A stretch of DNA of 64,000 nucleotides from Balanoglossus misakiensis. Taxonomy: Eukaryota > Animalia > Hemichordata. The stretch spans positions 5,692,208 to 5,756,207 of the forward strand of contig CM082592.2 in NCBI GenBank assembly GCA_040954595.2, read 5' to 3'. Positions 14,056 through 25,173 of the stretch are shown one piece after another. Below the pieces are notes generated by a model. It was given only the letters and a program-made list of their open reading frames with translations, made no database searches and had not been told where the DNA came from. Numbering within the stretch: position 1 is the first letter of the stretch; each line of letters opens with the position of its first letter. Both the position numbers and the translations under genes were made by a program.

Positions 14056-17000
14056 ATGGCGGACACCACCGAAAGTGAGGAAGTGGATACGAAAGCAGTC
14101 GCAAGCGACGACGACGCTTTTAATATGGAGAGTTCGAACAGCGAAAACTCAGACGATGAGACGAGGGATAGGATAAAAACGAGAAATCAGTCGAAGCGAG
14201 AATATACCGATGAAAGGGTATACAAATCCTTATCGGAGATGACGGTAAGTTGTAATGTAACGCGAACGCGGAAATTGCGAAGCCAAACAAAATCCACTGT
14301 ATCAAATAGATACTAGTAGCTTCTTCACACAGTGCTTCTTCGCTAAAATAGTATATTGGAACAGAGAACAAATCTACATTTGAAAATTCCCATGTCCAAT
14401 AAGCTCTACAATACCAAATCCCCTCGGTCGAATACCAATGTACTCAGCCATAGCCACAACACCGACACTTGTGTCCTGTACGTTATGTAGACCCATGTGA
14501 AACCCTATGGTCGAACATTACCACATTAGAAATGAAGGGTTGGTCGCTGAAAATTATCTTTATTGCTTGTATAGGTATATATGTCTGATGTGTGTTAACT
14601 CTTTGTAATATTTCAGGGTGAGAATGTCAGAAGATATGCAAATAAGGCTGGTGACTTTGTTACTGGATTTGATGTGACATCACAGGTGAGGCAGGCAGTT
14701 ATGTATATCAATCATTGAATCAAGTTTGACACCTTGCATTTGTCCACTGTCTTTGTTGTAGGGCACACTGACAATCACTCCAAACATGACACATGTGTGG
14801 TGCAAAGATCTGTCACTGACTGTATGGAACATTGTACCTGTATAAAAGAGAACAGTGATGATTCCAGAAGTCTTTGTTGTGCTCAGCTGACATTAATATA
14901 TGAAAAATTGACTATATCCAGGAGCACAAAGCAAAGAGGGAACTTCGGGCCAAGAGATTCGGAATCCCGGAAAGCGAAGAAAAGGAAGACAACGAAGAAA
15001 TGATGGATATTGATGAACCAGTGCTGAGCAATAAGTGTAAGTAGACATTATTATGTCTTTCATCAGATGAAATTCTCTTCCCAGCCAACTGATGAAATAT
15101 CTTGACCGATAATATTCTTGATCATTGCATTTAGGCCTTTGTTTTAATGTACACTAAACATTGCACAGTTCTCAAAATATGTCAATTATCATATTATCTC
15201 TTCTCGCATCTCTCAACACAGTTGACAGTGATGTCCGTCCTGAGGCCCTGCATATCATGGGAGTGGACGAAATGAGCACACAGGATTTATTTACATACTT
15301 CAAACAATTCCAACCAGGTTCCATCGAGTGGATCAATGATACCTCATGTGAGTTTGTGTATTTTCAGACATTTTAAAACACTCTGATAGCAGTGTAGCTC
15401 TGCCAGAATATCACAACCATGACATGTGACACAATAATGTCATATTTCTCTCAGTGTGAGCCTTTTTATTGTCAAACTACCAGTTTTATGGCCATGAGGG
15501 AAATCCTATACGTGTTGCTAGATGTTGGTTTTTGAAAGAAACCTTCGTCTGGGTTCTAGACTTCAATAAAGAACATATAATAGATCTTTGGAATCTCAAC
15601 GTTTCTTTCTTCATTGCAGGCAATGTAGTATGGCTGGATCCGAACACAGCCAGGCGGGCGCTTTTAGCACTGAGTAAACCGCAAGCGAAAACAACATCAA
15701 CAAATCCACAAAGAGCGGCTGCTGAAGATAATCTGAACGAAGGTGTGTCTCACTTTCAGAGTCTGTAGAGTGTGAGTGACATGCAAAAGTTGTCATCTGT
15801 TAGTCTGTGATGCTTCACACCCCTAGCCATCGTGATGTACTCTGCTTATTATGCAGGCCGGTTTATTTTCTCCAACAAGACTGCAACTAACATATCTTTG
15901 TTTTTTTCTTCTCCCAGCAGAAGACGTTGATTTCTTAGACTTAGAAACGAACACCGAAGACAAAGAAACAGGGGAGTTGGAGAGACCACCCATGAAATCC
16001 AAGCCAACGCCGGTAACGTTTGAAAGCGAAGAAACCGGTGAAGTAACCACGGGGGAATCTGGAGAGTCTCTGGAACAAGGAGCTGAAGTATTAAGAGTAG
16101 CCGTGCCCCACCCAAAGGCAAAGAATATGTTACTACGCTATGCAACCAAAGGTATGCTGTGGCTTGAACATTCTTTGGGGGGTGATGTACCCCAAAGGGG
16201 ACAGAGGTCAACAGAGGTCAGGGTTCAAAGGGTTAAATTCATTTTGTCAAATGATTCCGACACGCCTGGAAAATCTTAAGTTCCCTATTCAATTCACCAA
16301 ATTTATTTTGTGTTTTGTTTCAGCTGACAAAAAACAGCAAGGAGCTGCCAAAAAAAGTAAATATTACGTAAAATATGGAAATCCCAATTTTGGTGGAATG
16401 AAAGGACTTATTAGCAATTCAATGTAAGTATGAATGCAGTCAAATTGTGCATTTTTTGAACATCACAGAAAACTGGGATTTGTTTTATTTATATTTATAT
16501 GAAACTGGGTAAGAAATGCTTTGCACTAGCCCTGGAAGAATATTGTACAGTGATGTCATCTAAATTATTATCAATCATGTGGGAGAAGTTGTCTTCCAAA
16601 TTTCAAAATAATGTCAGAAGTTGTCAAGCTTTATGGAGATGTCTCTTCTGTATTTTCCCACCAGGAAACGGAAAATAAGGGAAGGCAAAGTAATTCCCGG
16701 CAGACGGAAAAAGCGAACCGGAAGGTCACTTGTCAGTTACACCGACCTGGACGTCTTCAGCGATAATGTACCTCGGTCGAAGAAGAGGAAACGGGAGGAG
16801 GAATCTGAAGATGACGATGAAGACGGAGGAGAAGAAGATGAAGAGAAGGGGGTTGATTCGGAGATTGAGCAGATGGAATTGGAGGTCGAGCGACTGACAC
16901 GGCAGCCGGAGGTGAAGAGGGTGCGAGGAATGTACGCTGACGAAGTTGAGGAGAAAATAAGATCCATCAGGTCGGTGGCAAGGCCGGGTCTTATTTTCAG

Positions 17001-17664
17001 GTTGTGATTATTTTATGGCGTTGAAATCAAAAGTCGACACCAGTAAAGAATTTGTAACGTGTTCAATCATACTGGATTGGAGTTAAAGATCCATTACGAA
17101 TCTCACAGAAAGGCTTTGTTCACTGGAAATATTTGGAAGCACGGTTACCATTGTTGGAATCTGAAACCATGCAGTGTTGGTCTACTCAGTGCAATGTTGT
17201 TTTGTCTGGCTTTGAATGGGTGACTGCAGTAAGGTGTTTTTTGTATTGTCTATGGGAATACACAAATTGGATGATGATGATGTGACAGTAAATAAATTGT
17301 AGCGTGGGGGTTGTGTAGCTATTAAAGCAGAAAATAAAACGTTTGTTATTTTGTCATTTTTGGCAGGAATCAACAAGTCAGACCGGGTGACGTGAAAGTG
17401 GTGTTGGACGCCAGGCAGAGAATCGAGACCAAATTGAAACAGAGACTCCATGCCACGGCCACGATCGACTCGGCTGATGAAATTGACCACAAACAAAATC
17501 TGACCGTGGTTTTCAGTCCGGGCAGTGACCAGAGGCCGAAAGCGGGCGGCAGCGAGAACAGCGACGTTCTGCCAGATTTACGAACAAAGCTGATGAACAG
17601 ACAGACCAGCAAACGATTGCTGGAAAACCTACCATCTCTTTGCATCGAAGTTAATGACACTTGA
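14056..17664 (+). CDS. NCBP3: Nuclear cap-binding protein subunit 3 (C17orf85), 9 exons
   Basis: Exons 14056-14244, 14617-14685, 14922-15036, 15222-15347, 15620-15742, 15918/15921-16151 (CAGCAG acceptor), 16324-16423, 16665-16970, 17367-17664 (TGA). Motifs RRYANKAGDFVTGFDVTS, RAKRFG, GVDEMSTQDLFTYFKQFQPGSIEWINDTSCNVVW, LLRYATK, SKYYVKYGNPNFGGMKGLISNS, MYADEVE and a C-terminal LPSLCIEV match NCBP3. Confidence 0.93.
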
Positions 17665-18850
17665 CTTTAATACAGGACTTTACATTACAAGGGACTTTAA
17701 CCCGTTCGCCCCCAGTTCCCTCTGTAGAGGTCTAACTTTCCCATTGGAAACAGTGGATTTGGATCGAACCATGGTGGTGAAAGGGTTAAAGTATGAAGAT
17801 GTGCTAAGTGATTTGTTCATGCTTTCTTTCACAATATCATAATCACTTATCAATACAAATGGATTTCCAAGGTACGAATCCCAAATATTTTGCAATTGTG
17901 GCCACAGAGGGCGCCATAAACCTCTCCCACACTCTCAGGGGCGATGTTCTGTAAATTTCCAATTTAATACTAGTGATAGACTATTTATAGAAGCCCGTTT
18001 CTATACATGATACATGCCTTATATTTTGCAGATTTTGAATTATTCTGCAGTTTATATTATCAGTACTCTTACAATGTGGCCCTATATCGATTTTTGTGTG
18101 TGTATATTTGCATATTCTGGCTCAATTTTTTTCTTGACATAGTGACAAGTTGCCCGTCTTAAGTTATCAGTTGTTTGGTCTCTACAGTCTTACACAGGTT
18201 CGATTTGTCAGATACGGTGATGCAACTATCTTTGGGGGGGGGGGGGGGTTCCCGTGGGGAAAATCAGCCTTTACCACCAAGTGGTGTCATGCAAGACTTA
18301 GACAGCATATATTATACCCCCTTCTTATATATATATGCATACCACATTCCACAAAGCTGTTTCGGAAGAAATTAAAATCGAGGAATAAATTTCCGATGCA
18401 ATGCAAAATAAGAAAATTGCAAATAATGTACTGTGATATAAAAGAATGTTTTTTTATCTTTTGGCTAAAGGGTATCTTCTTTGTTTATGTCATCACAAAT
18501 AAACAAGCAATTTCTTGAAAAAAACACCTGAAGTTTTTTATGGTTTTGTGTCCAGAAAGTTAATTTCGGTGTTCATTCATGAACCATCTTTACATTGCAT
18601 TGGTTTCATAAATTGTATGTATGTATGTAATATGTATCAGTGTTATGAGGTTATTACGAAAATGCCGGAAAGCATGCATGCTGCACTAAATGTTTTGTGT
18701 TTATGAAGTTTTAAAGGGGGAAAATGCAACATTTTCGTTGTGTTTTGCATTTTCCCATTGTGGCAGCCATATTCGTATGCAGCAAAGCTTTAAAATTAAT
18801 GTTTAAAACTTGTAAATACATCTTCTTATCCAAGTTTCCAAAGTACTGAA

Positions 18851-18868
18851 TCTATTTTTTGATTAAAT
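18851..18868 (-). terminator. snRNA 3' box-like element
   Basis: The minus strand just downstream of U1 reads ATTTAATCAAAAAATAGA, similar to the GTTT-N-AAARNNAGA 3' box consensus. Confidence 0.55.
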
Positions 18869-18871
18869 GTA

Positions 18872-19036
18872 AGGGGATAGCGCGAACGCAGTCCCCCACT
18901 ACCAGAAATTATGCACCCGAGTCACCCGCATTTGGGGTGATCGCAGCCTTCAGCCCACTCGGTAGTGCAATGAGAGGGCCTCTGACTGAAGGAACCGCCG
19001 TCTTGATCACGGTTAACCTCTGTGCCAGGTAAGTAT
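18872..19036 (-). ncRNA. RNU1: U1 spliceosomal snRNA
   Basis: Reverse complement starts ATACTTACCTGG. It has SL1 loop GATCAAGACG, SL2 loop ATTGCAC (U1A site), SL3 TCACCCCAAATGCGGGTGA, Sm site AATTTCTGG and terminal hairpin GGGGGACTGCGTTCGCGCTATCCCCT. Length is ~165 nt. Confidence 0.97.
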
Positions 19037-19057
19037 GCTATATTATCGGCGATAGAG

Positions 19058-19160
19058 GTATATAAATCGTGATTTCAAAAATCTTACAATGGTTTCAAGA
19101 AAGCAACTGGAATAGCCAATGAGGAAACAGCCCTGAGTAGTTATCTATGGTTATGCAAAT
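19058..19160. promoter_or_regulatory. U1 upstream region: TATA-like tract, CCAAT and octamer
   Basis: gtatataaat at 19058-19067, ccaat at 19116-19120 and a perfect octamer ATGCAAAT at 19153-19160. Octamers are typical of snRNA distal elements. Confidence 0.5.
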
Positions 19161-19322
19161 ATTACGCATTGTTATTTAAAACGAGCAGTTGGTCCGCGCC
19201 ATTGTGTACAACTTGAATGCACGGCGCGGCGTGACCGTGTTTCAACACATGTATTACTGTCCTAAATCGTTCAGAACACAGCAGTTATTGAGCATGTATA
19301 CATATGAACATCATGGCAGCTC

Positions 19323-19628
19323 ATGACCGATGTGCAAGCGAGGGTCGCGTCGCTCCGTCTCGAAGAGGTCGTCACGCCCACCTATTCAAGCTACGTCGCG
19401 AACCGTCAGTCTTGCGAGCCAGTGGTATTCCTCGAAATTGACAGTGTTCAGGGTCACCTGTGGCTACCTCCAGGACTGAAAAATGTTGCTGGGCCCGCCT
19501 TCAACCACGGCCACTCCGTATCCGTGATTCAACGTTCAGGTAAGGTTGTTTATTATGCCGTGTTCAATGTTTACAGCAAGAATCACATGTTGGCTCACCA
19601 TGTCACCGCGCGCGCCACCTATCGGTGA
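19323..19628 (+). CDS. Hypothetical 101-aa ORF, divergent from U1
   Basis: ATG-initiated ORF that is more GC-rich than its flanks, with AATAAA at ~19752 and ~19878. No recognisable domain. Confidence 0.25.
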   Translation: MTDVQARVASLRLEEVVTPTYSSYVANRQSCEPVVFLEIDSVQGHLWLPPGLKNVAGPAFNHGHSVSVIQRSGKVVYYAVFNVYSKNHMLAHHVTARATYR

Positions 19629-20520
19629 ACATACAATAATCGTTCACTTTGTTTGAGTTTTGTTGTGCAACCAAGAACAACGGCGAACTTTGTATTCGCC
19701 AGACCAGCAACGATTTTTGAGTAAAATCCAATACACAGCCCGAAGAAACGAAATAAAAACTGCGCTGAGAAAGATTCAGGATGGTGGATTGTATCACATT
19801 TTCACTGCGGAAACTCAAAAAGTGAAATTTCAAAGTTAATTGGCAATCTAAGGTGCACTATTTGCATAAAACCATTGAATAAACCTCTAATACTTACTCG
19901 TTCAAATTTGCGTAAAAACAGTCGTACGTCAGTGCATTGGTTAAAACGCATTTTATATTTGTCAGCAAAGAAAAAACTCAGTGGCCATATGTGGGACTAG
20001 AGGTCTTCTAGCTCTCCCACATCCCATATTTACCTTATGCTCTGTTATGGGAGACCCACCTACTAAAACTGAAAGATAAATTCTATACATAAAAAGTTCC
20101 ATGTCTTGCATATTTTCTCAGTTAAAATTATCTATATACATTGCACTATGTACTGAATTGTATTATATTTTATCAAATCACAATGTCTGTTACTAAATTT
20201 AGATATTTGGAACGAGATCAATGATGGTAGTCAAACATGGGTCTCTGGTAGTTCCGTTTAACGCATTACGAGCATTGTCTGTGCGATGTCTGAATGAAAA
20301 CAGAAAGAGGCAGCGAAAATGTACCATTTCCGTCGTTTGACAAAGGTGACCTCCGTCTCGAAACAATGATCTAATGTCGGGTTTAAAACCATGTAGGCCA
20401 ACGTTTACCAGCCTGTGAGGGTCGTACAAGCATGCGCAGACAGCTGAGGGCGACACACTCACTTGCCGAACTTTGGCCGATAGTGACACCCAACCAACCT
20501 TACCAACACCCCAGGCCAAA

Positions 20521-22752
20521 TTAAGCTCTTTTCTTGCGAGAAAGATAAATGGCATCGATAAACGAGTGAATGGATTGGAAATAAAAGCACACTACAAGGG
20601 GAAGCGTGATGAGATTTATTGCAAACCATGCATTTTTACTGTACGGCATTTCTTCAGCGTACAGCACATAGACTGACAGATAGAAACTGAGAAAGCCGTG
20701 TAAAAGACACAGCGCGACATTGGTGACCAGCAGCGCAGTCAGTGCGGTTTGGGCTGAACTCGGGGCTGGCTTTTTGCGTCCCATGCTCGAGATGAGAAGA
20801 GCTGTCTGGCAAAACGTTTGCACGTCGGCGAGGAGAGCTTCTGCAAATAGCAGAGCAGCGGAGCAACTGTTAGCAGCAAAGAGCGCCATCGCCGACGAAG
20901 CGCTGAAAGAATGATACAGAAAGACAGCGAAAGCCGAGACGAGCAAGAAGGCATACTTTGAGCGCAGGCGTGGGACAGAAACCAAACGAGCTGGATCTAG
21001 CTCGTGGAAAACAGCCAAACAATTGAAGATGATGATCGTGAATATGGCGTACTTGCAGCCGTAGTAGGTGTACAACATGTATTTGGATGGTTCTAATTGG
21101 AACGGATCTGAGGTACTGTTCCCATCGGGGGATTGGTTGATGACCACGGCGATGGGGAGGCCGACTGTAGCAACGCTTGTTAGACATGCGAAGGAAAGCG
21201 ATGCTATTCTGACGACACTACATATATTGCCGTCATTCACATTAGGCCTAACTGTGTTTGGGGTTAGGTCTTCAATATCTTCATATTCGTTTGAACTTTC
21301 ATCTATGTGGTCATAGGCAAGCTGGCGAGGCGGTGACACATTTTGATACGTCCCTCCCTGTTGGCCAATCGCCGAAGGCGCCATTATCTCATACCCGTCG
21401 TCCTGTCTTTCATCCATACCAGCTGCAGGGTGCATGACTTCATAGATGTGGTCCGACTGAACAGGGCTGGTGTATGGTTGCTGCGGTTCTCTATGCAGCA
21501 GACCTTCCTCCCGCTCTTTCGGTTTGCGCTGCACGTGGGTGTAGATGGGGTTGTCGCGTTCTCCTTCATCGGTTCCCAACAGCGGTTGCCTTTCATAGGC
21601 AAGCTGGCGAAGGGGTGACACATTTTGATTCGTCGCTCCCTGTTGCCCAATCGCCGAAGGCGCCATTAGGCTTACCGGTATCTCATACCCGTCGTCGTCT
21701 TGTCTTTCATCCATACCAGCTACAGGGTTCATGACTTCATAGGTGTGGTCCGACTGAACAAAGCTGTAAGGTTGCTGCGGTTCTCCATTCAGCTGACAAG
21801 CGTATCCGGATCCTTCCTCCCGCTCTTTCGGTTTGCGCTGCACGTGGGTGTAAACGAGGTTGCCGCGTTCTCCGTTACCGGCTCCCAACAGCGGTTGCCG
21901 CTCACTGCAGCTGTCGACGTCGACTCTCACATTGTCTCCGTGATTGGTGCTACCCCTGAGCTGCTCCGGGATGCGCATGCGCTCCCGATTGCGATTGGCC
22001 GCCGACGCCCAAATGCCATAGATGATAAAAACGACCAGGATTTCGAATTGTACCGCAAACTGTATCAGGAAGATCCCGGCAATACTGGGGAAGTGACTCT
22101 CGGAGAAATCGGACTCGGTTGGTGCTTCCGTGGGGCCATCTGTGGCCGATGTAAAGGCTTGATATTTGTCGACAAGTGTGGTCTGCAAGTAAAGCAAACT
22201 GCAGGATGCAAGACACACTACCATGTAGCGCAAACGCAGGCTGTTCCGGAACACACGTCCTCTGCAGCGCCATATGAACGTAACCATTAGCAAAGTGAAA
22301 ACGATGTGTAGAGAATACACGGTTATTAGAGCCCAACTTTGGGCGTCGAGACTAGCTTTGGAGGAATGGTGCCATACTTGAAATGCATCGAAGGTTACAC
22401 TCCCCGCGCCGAACAATAGACCGCACGACGGAATCAGCCATCCTCGGACCGGGCTCTGAGGAGATTGCCCGTCTTCGAGAACCCACCCTTCCCTTCTGCA
22501 GACGAAAGCAACCAGAGTCGCGAGCGACAAGAGCTCCAACGCAATGACCGCGACGGGCAGAGCGATTCCGGCGATCCCTCCGTGACGCGAAGTCTGGGCG
22601 AGGCTCGAGGCCGTTCCAAAACTTGCCAACACCAGCAACACCAACAAAGCAGAATGGCGTCCGTCCGGCGTCGCAGTTCCGTCATCCCCTTCGGAGCGCG
22701 ACCCAACAACCAGAGGTCGAACGAGAAGATAAACCATGATCTGTGTGGACAT
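20521..22752 (-). CDS. Divergent otopetrin-family multi-pass membrane protein, intronless, 743 aa
   Basis: Two clusters of hydrophobic helices separated by a long hydrophilic loop. Otopetrin-like motifs: LFGAGSVTF, HIVFTLLMVTFIW, FAVQFEILVVFIIYGIW (cf. PFxIEYSL...LYxMW), LTALLVTNVAL (cf. VTFLLxxN), YSKNAWFAINLITLPLVVCFYFQS (cf. YG..AW.II..xxPLxIFYRxHS). Confidence 0.8.
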   Translation of the reverse strand: MSTQIMVYLLVRPLVVGSRSEGDDGTATPDGRHSALLVLLVLASFGTASSLAQTSRHGGIAGIALPVAVIALELLSLATLVAFVCRREGWVLEDGQSPQSPVRGWLIPSCGLLFGAGSVTFDAFQVWHHSSKASLDAQSWALITVYSLHIVFTLLMVTFIWRCRGRVFRNSLRLRYMVVCLASCSLLYLQTTLVDKYQAFTSATDGPTEAPTESDFSESHFPSIAGIFLIQFAVQFEILVVFIIYGIWASAANRNRERMRIPEQLRGSTNHGDNVRVDVDSCSERQPLLGAGNGERGNLVYTHVQRKPKEREEGSGYACQLNGEPQQPYSFVQSDHTYEVMNPVAGMDERQDDDGYEIPVSLMAPSAIGQQGATNQNVSPLRQLAYERQPLLGTDEGERDNPIYTHVQRKPKEREEGLLHREPQQPYTSPVQSDHIYEVMHPAAGMDERQDDGYEIMAPSAIGQQGGTYQNVSPPRQLAYDHIDESSNEYEDIEDLTPNTVRPNVNDGNICSVVRIASLSFACLTSVATVGLPIAVVINQSPDGNSTSDPFQLEPSKYMLYTYYGCKYAIFTIIIFNCLAVFHELDPARLVSVPRLRSKYAFLLVSAFAVFLYHSFSASSAMALFAANSCSAALLFAEALLADVQTFCQTALLISSMGRKKPAPSSAQTALTALLVTNVALCLLHGFLSFYLSVYVLYAEEMPYSKNAWFAINLITLPLVVCFYFQSIHSFIDAIYLSRKKRA
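21313..21903 (-). repeat. In-frame tandem duplication within the otopetrin-like loop (309 bp + 282 bp)
   Basis: Both units run from ERQPLLG through YTHVQRKPKEREEG, QSDHxYEVM, GMDERQDD and MAPSAIGQQG to QNVSPxRQLAY. The duplication is also evident at DNA level. Confidence 0.95.
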
Positions 22753-23048
22753 GAATTAACCAGAAGATGAAATATTACGGAAGTTTCGTCATACAGTCAT
22801 TAAGTAATATGTAACCGATCCACTATTGGACTAGTCTTAACTTGTAGTGCGGTGTATCTTCGGTTTCCAGTATTTATTCTGTTCCGTTGTTTAGAAACAG
22901 AATGCCCACACCTTTGACTAATTATCAGAACCTCCCCATCATTTTACCAGACTGAGTGCTCAACAAGTGGAAACAGGGATACTTCAGCAGGAAGATTAGC
23001 AGCTTTTTTTTCTCATTTACTACATGGAGCTCAAAATGGAGCTCAAAA

Positions 23049-23492
<444 letters not shown>

Positions 23493-25173
23493 ACATAGCA
23501 AACAAGCCTGTACACGAAACCACTCAGGCAAATTCCCCACAACCGTCGCGTCTATGTAAATAAAAATTCAGCTCGAAACCGCGAGTATGGCGAGATCGTC
23601 CGTATGCGCCACCAAAACTCAGCCATAACGATGCATGGACATATAAAGTGGCGATATTAAGTGGATTTGTGCGAATTAAAAATACATGTACTTCCAATTT
23701 CTGCTAGGTGGATACATACAATTGTATACCTACACTGAGTGCGGCCTAGACTAGCCTACTAGTCGCTTGGTGATTTTTAAATCTCAATACTTTATGTGTT
23801 TTCGGTGGTTTTTTGTCTTAATAAATAATTGCAATACTTTTTTGCGTGCATGCTTGCCTTGAGCGTGTTTTTGGTAGTGAGGTGAGTTTTGAATTTGGGA
23901 CTGAGCTTGTGGTATGGGCCTACGCGTTCCCTACACATGAAGCCCATAGACTTGGAGCAAGTCTAAGTGCGGCTTAGTAGTCACTGGTAACCAGTAGTTG
24001 AATTCATTTGATCGTTTTCGCCTAAGAGATTAATGACAGCGCGAAAATTCGTTAGGAAGAACAAACCAAACGTTAAAACCTACCTCGGATAAATCGTGCT
24101 GCTATTTCGGCGGGTAGGCTATGGTGAATGTGCCAGTATGTTTTCTCCCAAATCCGATTTTCGGCGGGGACTTCCCCTCGCGCTTGCGCGGTGTAGTGGG
24201 GCAGAACGTGACAGAACACAATAGTATGGATGAGGTAATCTTTTGTGCACAAATTAATTGAACAATAAAGCCGGCCCAGGGTATTTCCGTGACTCGAAAG
24301 CAGGCGACATGCACGGGACTCTTTATTACCTTTGCATCGCCTTTAGACTTCGAAAAACCTAAATTCATACCGATACTAATAAAACTATTGAATTTCCAAG
24401 AACCTAAATTTTGATATCGCTTGTGTGCTTCTTTTATGTAGGCCAATGTTTTAAAACTGTTATCTGCGAAAACATATATGTTTGATTTATATATTAACTT
24501 TATTAAGTTAGGTGTTAACACATTGTTGAGTCGCAGGTAAACACCTTCGCTAAAAATACTTTATACACTCGACTTAAAAAGGTAACTTGGTGGAGAATCC
24601 GAGATCTGTGTGATATACTCTAGAGGTTCTACTGTGTGTCCAGGCAATATAAGGAATGTGCGTGGTTAATTTAGAAACAACTTATTTTCCAAAAGAACAC
24701 ATATGTATTTAACAATGACGCTCACATCAATGACTCTTAGGCGATGAAATGAGGGGGGGGGGGGTTACTGACAGTCGTCATGAAAACGATTTTCAGAAAG
24801 TGCCAATAAGGTCGCCTGTTTATGCGGAGAAAGTTGTTTCAATCACGCAATCAAACACATCCCCAGTTGTTGCTATTTTAATACTATCGGGTCGAAGCAT
24901 GCAGCTGGCGAACGCTTTGAAAAAAAAAGCCACTCAACACTGAACAGTATACAGTATAATATATAGCGTTTCGACTTCACATGATTATGCCCATGCGTCA
25001 CTATTCTGAACTGAGCATGCTCACTACGCAGCTGATTATACCTGCGCTGTGAAAGCGAAAGTGGCGCTCAGTTGTTCTCGCCATGACCGTTCTCGCCCGG
25101 GGGCTAGCTGTCCCATCCACTGAACAGGTCGCCTTTTGCTAGCGTGCTCGTGCGACAGTATGCTGGCGCTACC

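Noticed and set aside
14056-19036. Functional link between cap-binding NCBP3 and the adjacent U1 gene
   Set aside because: Adjacency alone is not evidence. The genes are convergent and NCBP3 has AATAAA at ~18384 and ~18498, before U1.
20720-22770. Plus-strand ORFs (for example 196 aa at 21700-22290)
   Set aside because: Antisense or off-frame shadows of the GC-rich otopetrin-like CDS.
24102-24521. 139-aa minus-strand ORF
   Set aside because: Non-ATG start, no domain and no splice context. Probably intergenic or a repeat remnant.
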